A stretch of 64,000 nt of DNA from Vicinamibacterales bacterium (GTDB lineage: Bacteria; Acidobacteriota; Vicinamibacteria; Vicinamibacterales; 2-12-FULL-66-21): the NCBI GenBank assembly GCA_048594885.1, contig JBMDXB010000013.1, positions 24,115 through 88,114 of the forward strand, written 5' to 3'. The notes under the pieces are model-generated. The model saw nothing but the letters and a program-made list of their open reading frames with translations, was not told the origin of the DNA and ran no database searches. Of the stretch, positions 10,490-20,489 are shown in pieces (the stretch's first letter is position 1; each line of letters starts with the position of its first letter). The position numbers and the translations under genes are program-made.

Positions 10490-13360
10490 ATGGATCGCTT
10501 GTCGGCGTCTCTCAAGATTGGTGGCGCGCTGCTGCTGGTCAACAGCGTCTATCTCGCGGCGTTCGCCACTCCATCGCTCTTCTACTACACGAACGTCGCG
10601 CTGCACGTGGCGCTCGGGCTCGCGCTCATGGTCGCCGGCGCGCGCTGGGCGTGGCCGCGCCGCGGCACCTTCGACGCCGCGACGCTCGCGGCCATCGGTC
10701 TGCTGGCGCTGGGGGCGCTGCTCGGCGTCGCGCTGGCGATCACCGGCACCACGACGAAATTCCGCTGGCTGTTGCTGGCGCACATCGGCGTGACCGGTGC
10801 CGGCGCCGTTCTCGCGCTCGGTCTGATGGCGGCCGCCGCGATCCGCCGGGCGCGAGGCATCCGTCCGGCGCACGCGATCTTCGCCGGCATCGTGCTGCTC
10901 GTCGTCGGTGGACCGTCGACGGTTGCCGTACGCGAGCGCGCCGCGGAGCGCGACATGCATCGGATCGTCAACCCGGATTGGGCGCCGGCGAAGATGGAAG
11001 AGGAAGGGCCGGGCAAGGACAGCCCGTTCTTCCCGTCCTCGGCGAACACGAACGTCAACGGCCTGATTCCGGCCAACTTCTTCCTGACGAGCAAGTCGTG
11101 CGAGCGGTGCCACAAGGACATCTACGACCAGTGGAACGAGTCGGCGCATCACTTCTCGTCGTTCAACAACCAGTGGTACCGGAAATCGATCGAGTACATG
11201 CAGGACGTCGTCGGCACGCAGCCATCGAAGTGGTGCGCGGGCTGCCACGACCACGCGGTGTTCTTCAACGGCCGGTTCGAGCGGCCGATCAAGGAGCAGA
11301 TCGACACGCCTGAAGCGCAGGCCGGCCTGGCCTGCACGTCGTGCCACTCCATTTCGCACGTCGGCAGCACGATGGGGCAGGGCGACTTCGTCATCGAGTA
11401 CCCGCCGCTGCACGACCTCGCGGCGAGCGAGAACCCGCTCCTCGCGTTCGCGCACGATCGGCTGCTGATGCTCGATCCCGAGCCGCACAAGAAGGTCTTC
11501 CTGAAGCCGTTCCATCGCGAACAGACGGCCGACTTCTGCTCGTCGTGCCACAAGGTGCATCTCGACGTGCCGGTCAACTCGTACCGCTGGTTCCGCGGCT
11601 TCAACGACTACGACAACTGGCAGGCCTCCGGCGTCTCGGGCGAGGGCGCGCGCTCGTTCTATTACCCGCCGAAATCGCAGAAGTGCGCCGACTGCCACAT
11701 GCCGCTCGTGGAGTCGAACGATCCGGCGGCAAAGAACGGCAAGGTCAAGTCGCACCGGTTCCCGGCGGCGAACACCGCGCTGCCCTTCGTCAACGGCCAC
11801 AGCGAGCAGCTCCGGATCACGCAGAAGTTCCTGCAGGACGGCCAGATCTCGGTTGACATCTTCGGCTTCGTGCGAGGCGAGGAGAGCGCGGCGGGCGGCC
11901 GCGTCGTGAAGTCGGCCGAGCAGGACATCGCGAGCACGTTCGCCGTCGGCGAGGAGTCGATCACCTTCGGCGCGCGCCAGGGGTTCATCGCGCCGCCGGC
12001 AGCGGTCGTCGGGCCGCTCGGCAAGGTCGACGCGGTGGTCAGGGCGGGCGAGTCGATCCGCCTCGAAGTCGTCGTCCGCACGCGGAAGGTCGGTCACTTC
12101 TTTCCGGGCGGCACCGTGGATGCGTTCGACGTCTGGGTCGAGCTAGACGCCGTGGACGAGCAGGGACGCACCGTCTTTCACAGCGGCGCGGTCGAAGATG
12201 GCGGGAAAGGACCCGTCGAGCCGGGCGCGCACTTCTACCGCTCGCTGCTCATCGACGAGCACGGCAACGTGATCAATAAGCGCAACGCCTGGGCCGCGCG
12301 CTCTGTCGCGTACGTCCGCCTGATTCCGCCGGGCGCGGCCGACACCGTTCACTATCGGATGCGCATTCCGGACGATGCCAGCGGCACGATCACGCTGCGC
12401 GCGAAGGTGAACTACCGCAAGTTCATGTGGTGGAACACGCAGTGGGCGTTCGCCGGCGTCCGCGACCCCTCGCAGCCGCAGCCAGCGGTCGGCCGCAGCT
12501 ATGACGACGGGCGATGGGTGTTCACGGGCGACACGTCGAAGGTGTCCGGAGGCATCAAGGCGATCCCGGACATCCCCACGACTGTGATGGCGCGCTCCGA
12601 GGCGGCGCTCCGCGTCGTGCCGAAGGGAACGGCGGTGCCGGAGAAGGCCGAGTTCCTCGACGCCTCCGTGCGCGAGCGGTGGAACGACTACGGCATCGGG
12701 CTGCTGCTGCAGGGCGATCTGAAGGGCGCAGAGGCGGCGTTCCTGAAGGTGACGCAGATGGAGCCCGGCTACGCCGACGGCTGGGTCAACGTCGCGCGCG
12801 CGCGCATTCAGGAAGGCAACATGACCGGCGCCGACCAGATGCTTCGCAGGGCGCTGGCGATCGATCCGGAGCTGGCGAAGACGCATTTCTTCCTCGGCTC
12901 GGTGCTCAAGAGCTTCGGGCGCTACGAAGATGCCGTGTGGCACTTCCGCAAGGCCGCCTCGAAATATCCGCGCGATCGCGTCGTCCAGAACCAGCTGGGA
13001 CGAACGCTGTTCCTGCAGCGGGAATACGAGCAGGCGGTGCAGGCCTTCCAGCAGGTGCTCTCGATAGATCCCGAGGATCTCCAGGCACACTACAACCTGA
13101 TGCTCTGCTATCGAGGGCTCGGCCAGACGGAGCTCGCGGAGAGAGCCGAGACGCTGTACCGCCGCTTCAAGGCTGACGAATCCGCGCAGTCGATTACCGG
13201 CCCGTATCGGCAGCTGCATCCCGACGACAACAACGAGCGCCAGGCCATTCACGAACATCTTTCTTGGATGGCGGGGACCCCTGCACCCCGCCAAGCGGCC
13301 TCCACTACGCTTGCGCTCCGTTCCGGCCGCGGGGCGCAGACCTCGAAGTACAAGCCATGA
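10490..13360 (+). CDS. Membrane-anchored pentaheme c-type cytochrome with C-terminal TPR domain
   Basis: 956 aa. About 5 N-terminal hydrophobic helices (aa 10-145). Five CXXCH motifs: CERCH, CAGCH, CTSCH, CSSCH, CADCH (nt 11099-11698). C-terminal TPR-like repeats ('AEAAFLKVTQMEPGYADGWVNVARARIQEGN...', about nt 12670-13190). Confidence 0.8.
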   Translation: MDRLSASLKIGGALLLVNSVYLAAFATPSLFYYTNVALHVALGLALMVAGARWAWPRRGTFDAATLAAIGLLALGALLGVALAITGTTTKFRWLLLAHIGVTGAGAVLALGLMAAAAIRRARGIRPAHAIFAGIVLLVVGGPSTVAVRERAAERDMHRIVNPDWAPAKMEEEGPGKDSPFFPSSANTNVNGLIPANFFLTSKSCERCHKDIYDQWNESAHHFSSFNNQWYRKSIEYMQDVVGTQPSKWCAGCHDHAVFFNGRFERPIKEQIDTPEAQAGLACTSCHSISHVGSTMGQGDFVIEYPPLHDLAASENPLLAFAHDRLLMLDPEPHKKVFLKPFHREQTADFCSSCHKVHLDVPVNSYRWFRGFNDYDNWQASGVSGEGARSFYYPPKSQKCADCHMPLVESNDPAAKNGKVKSHRFPAANTALPFVNGHSEQLRITQKFLQDGQISVDIFGFVRGEESAAGGRVVKSAEQDIASTFAVGEESITFGARQGFIAPPAAVVGPLGKVDAVVRAGESIRLEVVVRTRKVGHFFPGGTVDAFDVWVELDAVDEQGRTVFHSGAVEDGGKGPVEPGAHFYRSLLIDEHGNVINKRNAWAARSVAYVRLIPPGAADTVHYRMRIPDDASGTITLRAKVNYRKFMWWNTQWAFAGVRDPSQPQPAVGRSYDDGRWVFTGDTSKVSGGIKAIPDIPTTVMARSEAALRVVPKGTAVPEKAEFLDASVRERWNDYGIGLLLQGDLKGAEAAFLKVTQMEPGYADGWVNVARARIQEGNMTGADQMLRRALAIDPELAKTHFFLGSVLKSFGRYEDAVWHFRKAASKYPRDRVVQNQLGRTLFLQREYEQAVQAFQQVLSIDPEDLQAHYNLMLCYRGLGQTELAERAETLYRRFKADESAQSITGPYRQLHPDDNNERQAIHEHLSWMAGTPAPRQAASTTLALRSGRGAQTSKYKP

Positions 13361-15060
13361 AACGTTTCTTCGCCCTGATGGTCCTTGCGGCGGCTGCCAT
13401 CGTGTGGCCGCCCTCGGCGTCGACTCAAAGCGCGACGCCTGTGTTCACCGACGTCACGCAGGCGGCGGGCGTCCGCTTCAAGCACGAGAACGGCGGGTTC
13501 GGAAAGAAGTACCTGCCGGAGACGATGGGATCCGGCGGCGCGTTTCTCGATGCCGACGGTGACGGCTGGCAGGACATCCTGCTCGTCAACTCGTCGACAT
13601 TTCCAGGGCGTCCCGCGAAGCGCTCGCTGACGGCGTTGTATCGCAACAACCATGACGGCACCTTCACCGACGTGACGGAGCGCGCGGGGCTGGCGGTACC
13701 GCTCTACGGCCTTGGCGTCACCGCCGCCGACTACGACAACGACGGCGACACCGATATCTACATCACGGCGCTCGGCAAGAATCGCCTGTTCCGCAACGGC
13801 GGCGGCCTGAAGTTCACCGACGTGACGGATGCGGCCGGCGTCGGCAATCCGGGCTTCTCGACGAGCGCCGCGTTCTTCGATTACGACCGGGACGGGCGCC
13901 TGGACCTCTACGTGGCGAACTATGTCGAGTGGACGCCAGAGAAGGACCTGTTCTGCACGCTCGACGGAAAGACGAAGTCCTACTGCACGCCGGAGTCCTA
14001 CAAAGGCCAGAGCGGAGTCCTCTACCATCAACGCGGCAACGGCACGTTCGAGGACGTCACGCAGAAGGCGGGCGTTCACGATCCGTCCGCCAAGGCGCTC
14101 GGCGTGGCGCTCGTCGATCACAACGGCGACGGGTGGATGGACCTGTTCGTCGCGAACGACACGCAGCCGAACCGGCTCTACGAGAACCGGAAGAACGGCA
14201 CGTTCGCCGACATCGGCATGTCGGCCGGCGTGGCGTTCAACGAGGCGGGCGTGGCGCGCGCGGGCATGGGCGTCGACGCCGCCGACTACGATGGCTCGGG
14301 CCGTCAGAGCATCATCATCGGCAACTTCTCGAACGAGATGATGGCGCTCTATCAGAACGAGGGCAAAGGGCTCTTCATCGACGAAGCGCCGCGGTCGACG
14401 ATCGGCAAAACAACGCTGCTGTCGCTGACATTCGCGTGCTTCTTCTTCGACTTCGATCTCGACGGCCGGCTCGACATCTTCGGGGCCAACGGCCACGTCT
14501 CGGACGATATCAACGCCGTGCAGCCGCGCATCACCTACGCTCAGCCGCCGCACCTGTTCCGGAATCTCGGCAAGCGGCAGTTCGAGCACGTCAACGCGAA
14601 AGTGGGGAAGGCGTTCCAGCAGCCGATGGTCGCGCGGGGCGCGGCCTACGGCGATTACGACGGCGACGGCGACCTCGATCTGCTGGTGACGACGAACAAC
14701 GGCCCGGCGCGGCTGTTGCGAAACGACGGCGGCGAGCGCAGCCAGCGCCTGCGCGTGCGGCTGTCGGGCACGGCCGCGAATCGCGACGCCATCGGGGCGG
14801 CCGCGCGCGTGGTCGCGCCGTCAGGTACGTCGCCGTGGATGTACGTGAAGACCGGCTCGAGCTATCTGTCGCAGAACGAGCTGCCGATCACGTTCGGGCT
14901 CGATCGCACGGCGCGCGTGACCAACGTCGAGGTGAAGTGGCCCGACGGCAGGATCGAATCCGCGGGTCCGGCCGACGCCGGCCAGACGATCACGATTCAG
15001 CAGGGCAAAGGCGTCGTGGCTCGCGTCCCCTTCGGCAAGAAAGCGCAGGGGACGCGCTGA
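13357..15060 (+). CDS. Secreted FG-GAP/VCBS + ASPIC/UnbV protein (CRTAC1-like)
   Basis: ATG at 13357 overlaps the cytochrome TGA stop (ATGA). Signal peptide MKRFFALMVLAAAAIVWPPSASTQS. 'FTDVTQAAGV...GAFLDADGDGWQDILLVNS'. UnbV signature 'GTAANRDAIGAAARV...GSSYLSQNELPITFGL...VKWPDG'. The ORF-track start at 13264 is rejected as a 5' extension inside the upstream gene. Confidence 0.85.
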   Translation: MKRFFALMVLAAAAIVWPPSASTQSATPVFTDVTQAAGVRFKHENGGFGKKYLPETMGSGGAFLDADGDGWQDILLVNSSTFPGRPAKRSLTALYRNNHDGTFTDVTERAGLAVPLYGLGVTAADYDNDGDTDIYITALGKNRLFRNGGGLKFTDVTDAAGVGNPGFSTSAAFFDYDRDGRLDLYVANYVEWTPEKDLFCTLDGKTKSYCTPESYKGQSGVLYHQRGNGTFEDVTQKAGVHDPSAKALGVALVDHNGDGWMDLFVANDTQPNRLYENRKNGTFADIGMSAGVAFNEAGVARAGMGVDAADYDGSGRQSIIIGNFSNEMMALYQNEGKGLFIDEAPRSTIGKTTLLSLTFACFFFDFDLDGRLDIFGANGHVSDDINAVQPRITYAQPPHLFRNLGKRQFEHVNAKVGKAFQQPMVARGAAYGDYDGDGDLDLLVTTNNGPARLLRNDGGERSQRLRVRLSGTAANRDAIGAAARVVAPSGTSPWMYVKTGSSYLSQNELPITFGLDRTARVTNVEVKWPDGRIESAGPADAGQTITIQQGKGVVARVPFGKKAQGTR

Positions 15061-15177
15061 CAAAGGCCAAAGGCCAAAGGCCAAAGGCCAAGGGCCGACC
15101 AAGGACCAAGGACCAAGGACCAAGGACCAAAGCACCAAGGACCAAGGACCAGGGACCAGGGACCAGGGACCAGGGAC
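15061..15177. repeat. 117-bp direct heptamer array, 17 units without a phase break: CAAAGGC x4 -> CAAGGAC-type x~7 -> CAGGGAC x4
   Basis: Fills essentially the entire gap between the TGA at 15058-15060 and the ATG at 15179. The terminal units (GGGACCA phase) are identical to the right arm of the 3577-3690 array. Confidence 0.9.
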
Positions 15178-15178
15178 G

Positions 15179-16228
15179 ATGATGCATATCCGTTACGCCG
15201 CCGCCGCATGTCAGACCGATCTGGCCAATCCGGTCGATCGTGCGGGGATGCGCGCGAACACGGATCGCATGCTGGCGATGATCGACGCCGCGGTTGCCGG
15301 CGCCGCGCCGTTCCTTCCTGTCCGTCTCGTCGTCTTTCCGGAGTTCGCGCACGCTGCGCCGGTGTTTCCAACCGTCACTGAACTGCTCGACAAGCTCGCC
15401 GTCGAGATCCCCAACGAGCACACCGAGCGCTTGACCAGGAAAGCGCGCGAGCACGGCGTGTTCATCCAGAGCGGGACGATGATCGAGCGCGATGCACGGT
15501 GGCCTGGCGTCGTCTTCAACACGACGTGCTTCATCGGCCCGGACGGGATCCTGGCGAAGTACCGCAAGGTGAACACGTGGATTCCCTACGAAGTTCACAG
15601 CAGCCCGCACGATCTCGACGGCTACGGCGAGCCGCTCTTTCCCGTCGTCGAGACCGAGATCGGGCGGATCGGCTGCGCCATCTGCTACGACTGGCTGTTT
15701 CCCGAAGCGCTGCGTCAGCTTGCCGCCAACGGCGCGGAAGTCCTCGTCCGCGTGTCCGCCTACATGGATCCCTGGGGCGCGACCGAGCCGATGAACTGGT
15801 GGACGATCGTCAACCGCTGCCGCGCGCTCGAGAACATCGCGTACGTGGTCGCGGCGAACCAGGGGGCCAGCCTGCGGCACTACCCGCCGTACTCGTGGCC
15901 GGGCGGCAGCCAGATCGTGGACTTCGACGGACGGATGATCGCGGAAGCGTCGCCCGGCCCGGGGGAGCGGATCGTGGTGGGGCCGATCGACATCAGCGCC
16001 CTCAGGCATGAACGGGAGACGCGCAACGGGCACAGTATGCTGGCGCACCTGCGTACCGAGGCGTATCCCGTCTATGCGGGACATCGCTATCCACCGGCGG
16101 CCGCTCCGGGCGGACTGTCCTATGAACGCAACGTCGAGCTGATCGAGCTGGCGAAGCAGCCCGCCGTCCCCCTTATGGCGCCATTCACCGAACTTGGTGA
16201 AAAGCACCCCGCCTCGAGTGTAGAGTAG
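15179..16228 (+). CDS. Carbon-nitrogen hydrolase (nitrilase superfamily; aliphatic amidase/formamidase-like)
   Basis: 349 aa. Candidate Glu-Lys-Cys triad contexts 'LVVFPEF', 'KYRKVN', 'GCAICYD'. Overall layout resembles AmiE/AmiF-type amidases. Confidence 0.75.
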   Translation: MMHIRYAAAACQTDLANPVDRAGMRANTDRMLAMIDAAVAGAAPFLPVRLVVFPEFAHAAPVFPTVTELLDKLAVEIPNEHTERLTRKAREHGVFIQSGTMIERDARWPGVVFNTTCFIGPDGILAKYRKVNTWIPYEVHSSPHDLDGYGEPLFPVVETEIGRIGCAICYDWLFPEALRQLAANGAEVLVRVSAYMDPWGATEPMNWWTIVNRCRALENIAYVVAANQGASLRHYPPYSWPGGSQIVDFDGRMIAEASPGPGERIVVGPIDISALRHERETRNGHSMLAHLRTEAYPVYAGHRYPPAAAPGGLSYERNVELIELAKQPAVPLMAPFTELGEKHPASSVE

Positions 16229-16307
16229 CGCCGATCACCGTCGCCTTCCGGCGCCGGGACTCTCCAGCAGCACGAAACTCGCTTTCTTCTCGAGAGGGGG
16301 AACTCGG

Positions 16308-19300
16308 ATGATGCGACGTGTAGCCCGATCCGTCTTGCTCGTCCTCGTGGTGATTGGCCTTGCGCAGCCGGCGTTCGCGCAGGGCAGTCCCACGTCTTCG
16401 TTGTCCGGCGTGGTCGTTGACACGGCCGGCGGTGTGGTTCCAGGGGCGTCGGTCGTCGTGAAGAACAACGCCACCGGCGTGACGCTGGAAGTGGTCAGCA
16501 ACTCCGAGGGTGTCTTCTCGATTCCCGGTCTCGAGCCGGCGACCTACACGGTGACCGTCGCGCTCGCAGGCTTCAAGACGGCCGTTGTCAACGACGTCCG
16601 TCTGCTCGCGTCGCGTCCGGGCGAGGTCAAGGTCACGCTCGAAGTCGGCAACCTCACGGAGACCGTCGAGGTGAAGGCGCGGTCGGAACTGGTCCAGACG
16701 CAGTCGACCACGGTGGCATCGACGATCACCTCCGAGCAGATCAACGACCTGCCGATCGTCACCCGCAACACGCTCTACTTCACCACCTTCCTGCCGGGCG
16801 TCGAGACGCAGGGCGGGCCGCGCGGCTCGACGATCATGGGGCTACCGCAGAACACCATCAGCATCACGATCGACGGCGTCAGCACGAGCAACCTGCTGCA
16901 GTCGGGAGACGGCTTCTTCTCGATGGTCACACCGCGGCCGGATGCAATCGAAGAGGTGACCGTGACGGGCGCGACGCCAGGAGCCGGCAGCGCCGGCGCC
17001 GGTGCCGTCCAGATCGGCTTCGTGACGCGCTCGGGAACCAACCGCTTCGTGAGCAGCGTCTACGACTATTTCCGCCATCCGTCGCTCAACTCGAACTACT
17101 TCTTCAACAAGATCAACGGCCTCGATCGCAACGAGGTCATCGTGCACCAGGCCGGCGCGCGTTTCGGCGGGCCGCTCGTCATCCCCGGACTGTTCGACGG
17201 CCGCAACAAGGCGTTCTTCTTCGTCAACTACGAGCAGTTCTACCAGCCGACCGAGGCCACGCGGACGCGCACGATCCTCAACGAGAATGCCGCGCGCGGC
17301 CTGTTCACCTACACGGCCGGGGGGACGACGCGAACCGTCGACATGCTGGCGCTGGCGACCTCACAGGGCCAGACCTCGACGCTCGACCCGACTGTTGCGC
17401 GGCTCCTGAGCAGCATCCGCGCATCGACCGCGATCACCGGCACGCTCTCGACGCCGGCCAACTTCATCAACACGCAGCGGTTCGTCTACCAGACCGAGTC
17501 GCGACGCGACGAATACGCGCCGACGGTGCGCCTGGACTACAACGTCACGGACAAGCACCGCGTGACGGGCTCCTACTACTGGCAGAAGATCAACTCGGTG
17601 CCGGACATCCTGAACAACGCCGAAACGAGGTTCCCGGGAGCCGATTTCACCAACTTCGGCACGCAGTGGTCGTATCGCACCGTCGGGTCGATCAAGCTCC
17701 GATCCACGCTGGGCCGGGATTTCGTCAATGAGGTGACGAGCGGCTGGCAATGGTCGCCGGTCTACTTCTACACGAACACATCGCCGGAGATGTTCAACAA
17801 CCAGTCCGGCTTCAGCCTCGGCTTCGGCGGCGGGCCGAACAACACCGAGTTCAGCAACCTCACGGGCGTGACGTCGGTCAACAACCCGCAGCCGCGCAAC
17901 ACGACGAACTGGAACATCGACGACAACGTGAGCTGGCTGAAGGGCACGCACTCGCTCACCTTCGGCGGCACGTTCGTCCAGATCACGCACAACCAGAACA
18001 GCCGCAACCTCGTTCCCACGATCGGTTTCGGCGTCGACACGACGAACGATCCTGCACGGGGGATGTTCTCGACGACGTTCTTCCCTGGAGCGTCGACGAA
18101 CCAGTTGTCGATGGCGCGTCATCTCTACGCGCTACTGACGGGCCGGGTGACGTCGATCGGTGGCACCGCGCGTCTCAACAACGACGGCGAGTACGTCTAC
18201 CTCGGGAACCTCAATCAGATCTCGCGGATGCGCAGCCTCGGTTTCTACGCCCAGGATTCCTGGCGCATGAAGCCGAACATCACGCTCAACTATGGCGCCC
18301 GCTACGAGCTGCAGTTCCCGTTCACGCCGATCACCAACACGTGGTCGACCGTGACGCAGACCGACGCCTGTGGTAAGTCCGGCATCGGACAAGGGCTGGG
18401 GGATCGCTGGTGCAACCTGTTCCAGCCCGGCAACCTCGCCGCGCCGAACGTCGTCCCGCAGTACGTGAAGTACGATCCCGGCGCCCCTGGGTTCAACACC
18501 GACTACAACAACATCGCGCCGAACGTCGGCATCGCCTGGCGGCCGAACGTCCAGAACGGCTGGCTGCGCTCGCTGCTCGGCGATCCCGAGCAGGCGACGC
18601 TGCGCGGCGGGTTCTCCGTCGCGTTCAACCGCGAGCGCATGGACCGCTTCACCGGCCTGTACGGCGGCAACGTCGGCGGCACGACGAACGTCAGCAACCG
18701 GACCAACAACAACGCCAACCTGATCGAGCCGGGCCGTGGCTGGCCGCTGCTGTTCCGCGAGAGCGAACGCCTCGGACCGCCCTCGTTCCCGAAGACCCCG
18801 AACTATCCGATTCTCGCGTCGATCACTGCCGGCAACGACATGAACATCTTCGACCCGGATGTCGAGACGCCGTACACGCAGTCGTGGACCGTCGGCTTCC
18901 AGCGCTCGCTCGGCCGCGACACGGCGGTCGAGATCCGCTACGTCGGCAACCGCAACCGCAAGGCGTGGACGACGGAGAACTGGAACGCGGAGAACATCTT
19001 CGAGAACGGGCTACTCGACGAGTTCAAGCGCGCGCAGTCGAACCTGGTCGCCAATGTCGTCGCCGGCCGCGGCGGGACGTTTGCGTACATGGGGCCGGGG
19101 ACCGGGACGACGCCGCTGCCGATCTTCATGGCATTTCTGCTCGGGCAGCCCGCGTCGGCGGCGACCAATCCGGCCGCCTACACGGGGACGCAGTGGCGGA
19201 GCTCCACCTGGGTCGACAACCTCGGACAGTACGAGCCCGATCCGGAAGACCTGGCCTCCGACCTGTGGACCGGCAACAGCGGCGGTTGGCGCCGCAACGC

Positions 19301-20198
19301 GCTCCTCGCCGGGCTCCCGGCGAACTTCCTCGTGCTCAACCCCGACGTGGACAACGTCAACGTGACCCTCGCGCGCGCGTTCAGCAAGTACCACTCGCTG
19401 CAGATGGAGGTCCGCCGCCGCCTCTCGCGCGGCCTGACGTTCACCGGCAACTACACCTACGCGCGGCGCTGGGGCTCGTCGCTCCAGGATCTCCACGTCG
19501 ATCGCATCTTCATCGAGACCGACGCCGTTCCACATGCGTTCAAGGGCACGTGGATCTACGAGATCCCCGTCGGCCGCAACAAGCGCTACGGGTCGAACAT
19601 GAACCGGTGGCTGAATGCGGTCATCGGCAACTGGGACTTCTCGGGTACCGGCCGTGTGCAGGTGCGCGATCTCGGTATCACCGGTCTCCGCGCGGTCGGC
19701 ATGTCGGAACAGGACGTGAAGGACGCGTTCAAGATCCGCATCTTCAGGGATCCGTCGAGCGGCACCGTCACCGTGTTCAACTTCCCGGACGACATCATCA
19801 CGAACACGCGGCGCGCCTTCAACACGGACCCGACGTCGCCCACCGGCTATCCCGCCGGCGAGGAGCCGGTCGGCCGTTATCTCGCGCCGGCGAGCGTGCC
19901 GGGCTGCGTCTTCCTCTTCAACCGCGACTGCGGCACGTCGGAGCAGATCTGGGTACGAGCGCCGTGGTTCTCCCGGTGGGACATGCGGCTGAAGAAGCGC
20001 TTCCCGTTCGGCCGCACGGCGAACTTCGAGCTCGACTTCGAGGTCCTGAACGTGTTCGACAACGTCAACTTCAACCCCGCGTACAACCCTGGCAGCGGCA
20101 ACACGATCTTCCAGGTGACGAGCGGGTATACGGACATCAACACGACGTTCGATCCGGGCGGCCGCCTCGGACAGATCGTCGTGCGCTTCAACTGGTGA
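16308..20198 (+). CDS. TonB-dependent receptor with CarboxypepD_reg-like domain
   Basis: 1296 aa. Signal peptide MMRRVARSVLLVLVVIGLAQPAFAQG. 'GVVVDTAGGVVPGASVVVKNNATG...SNSEGVFSIPGLEPATYTVTVALAGF'. Ends ...VVRFNW. GAGGGGGA lies upstream. Confidence 0.88.
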   Translation: MMRRVARSVLLVLVVIGLAQPAFAQGSPTSSLSGVVVDTAGGVVPGASVVVKNNATGVTLEVVSNSEGVFSIPGLEPATYTVTVALAGFKTAVVNDVRLLASRPGEVKVTLEVGNLTETVEVKARSELVQTQSTTVASTITSEQINDLPIVTRNTLYFTTFLPGVETQGGPRGSTIMGLPQNTISITIDGVSTSNLLQSGDGFFSMVTPRPDAIEEVTVTGATPGAGSAGAGAVQIGFVTRSGTNRFVSSVYDYFRHPSLNSNYFFNKINGLDRNEVIVHQAGARFGGPLVIPGLFDGRNKAFFFVNYEQFYQPTEATRTRTILNENAARGLFTYTAGGTTRTVDMLALATSQGQTSTLDPTVARLLSSIRASTAITGTLSTPANFINTQRFVYQTESRRDEYAPTVRLDYNVTDKHRVTGSYYWQKINSVPDILNNAETRFPGADFTNFGTQWSYRTVGSIKLRSTLGRDFVNEVTSGWQWSPVYFYTNTSPEMFNNQSGFSLGFGGGPNNTEFSNLTGVTSVNNPQPRNTTNWNIDDNVSWLKGTHSLTFGGTFVQITHNQNSRNLVPTIGFGVDTTNDPARGMFSTTFFPGASTNQLSMARHLYALLTGRVTSIGGTARLNNDGEYVYLGNLNQISRMRSLGFYAQDSWRMKPNITLNYGARYELQFPFTPITNTWSTVTQTDACGKSGIGQGLGDRWCNLFQPGNLAAPNVVPQYVKYDPGAPGFNTDYNNIAPNVGIAWRPNVQNGWLRSLLGDPEQATLRGGFSVAFNRERMDRFTGLYGGNVGGTTNVSNRTNNNANLIEPGRGWPLLFRESERLGPPSFPKTPNYPILASITAGNDMNIFDPDVETPYTQSWTVGFQRSLGRDTAVEIRYVGNRNRKAWTTENWNAENIFENGLLDEFKRAQSNLVANVVAGRGGTFAYMGPGTGTTPLPIFMAFLLGQPASAATNPAAYTGTQWRSSTWVDNLGQYEPDPEDLASDLWTGNSGGWRRNALLAGLPANFLVLNPDVDNVNVTLARAFSKYHSLQMEVRRRLSRGLTFTGNYTYARRWGSSLQDLHVDRIFIETDAVPHAFKGTWIYEIPVGRNKRYGSNMNRWLNAVIGNWDFSGTGRVQVRDLGITGLRAVGMSEQDVKDAFKIRIFRDPSSGTVTVFNFPDDIITNTRRAFNTDPTSPTGYPAGEEPVGRYLAPASVPGCVFLFNRDCGTSEQIWVRAPWFSRWDMRLKKRFPFGRTANFELDFEVLNVFDNVNFNPAYNPGSGNTIFQVTSGYTDINTTFDPGGRLGQIVVRFNW

Positions 20199-20202
20199 GA
20201 GA

Positions 20203-20295
20203 GGCGGAACTGAAAGTTCCGCCCTACGGCCGCCACCGACGCGCGAAAATGCCGTAGAAACCTGCTGTCGTAGGGCGGAACTTCAGTTCCGCCCT
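20203..20295. repeat. Pair of REP-like palindromic elements in inverted orientation
   Basis: ggcggaactgaaagttccgccctacgg (20203-20229) and cgtagggcggaacttcagttccgccct (20269-20295) are reverse complements of each other apart from a 1-nt indel. Each is itself a hairpin (ggcggaac/gttccgcc). A third half-site gttccgcc is at about 20303. A further 10-bp perfect hairpin, atgtgccggc/gccggcacat, is at 20319-20347. Confidence 0.8.
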
Positions 20296-20489
20296 GCAAC
20301 TGTTCCGCCTCCGATAGAATGTGCCGGCGACGGTCCTGCCGGCACATGCATCGTCCCCCGTCGAGAGCTTGCGGTGTCGATCGGCGTGCCGTCCGATCAG
20401 ACCCTGAGCCTCGGCGCCTGCCCTTGAATTTCAATGATGCGAGGCAGGATCCGGCAGAATGATGTATAGGATCGTGCAGACGAATTGCC

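Noticed and set aside
15061-15177. Possibility that the short-repeat arrays are CRISPR arrays
   Set aside because: The units are 7-9 nt and directly abut one another with no unique spacers. No cas genes are present. The architecture is a micro-satellite or inverted array, not repeat-spacer.
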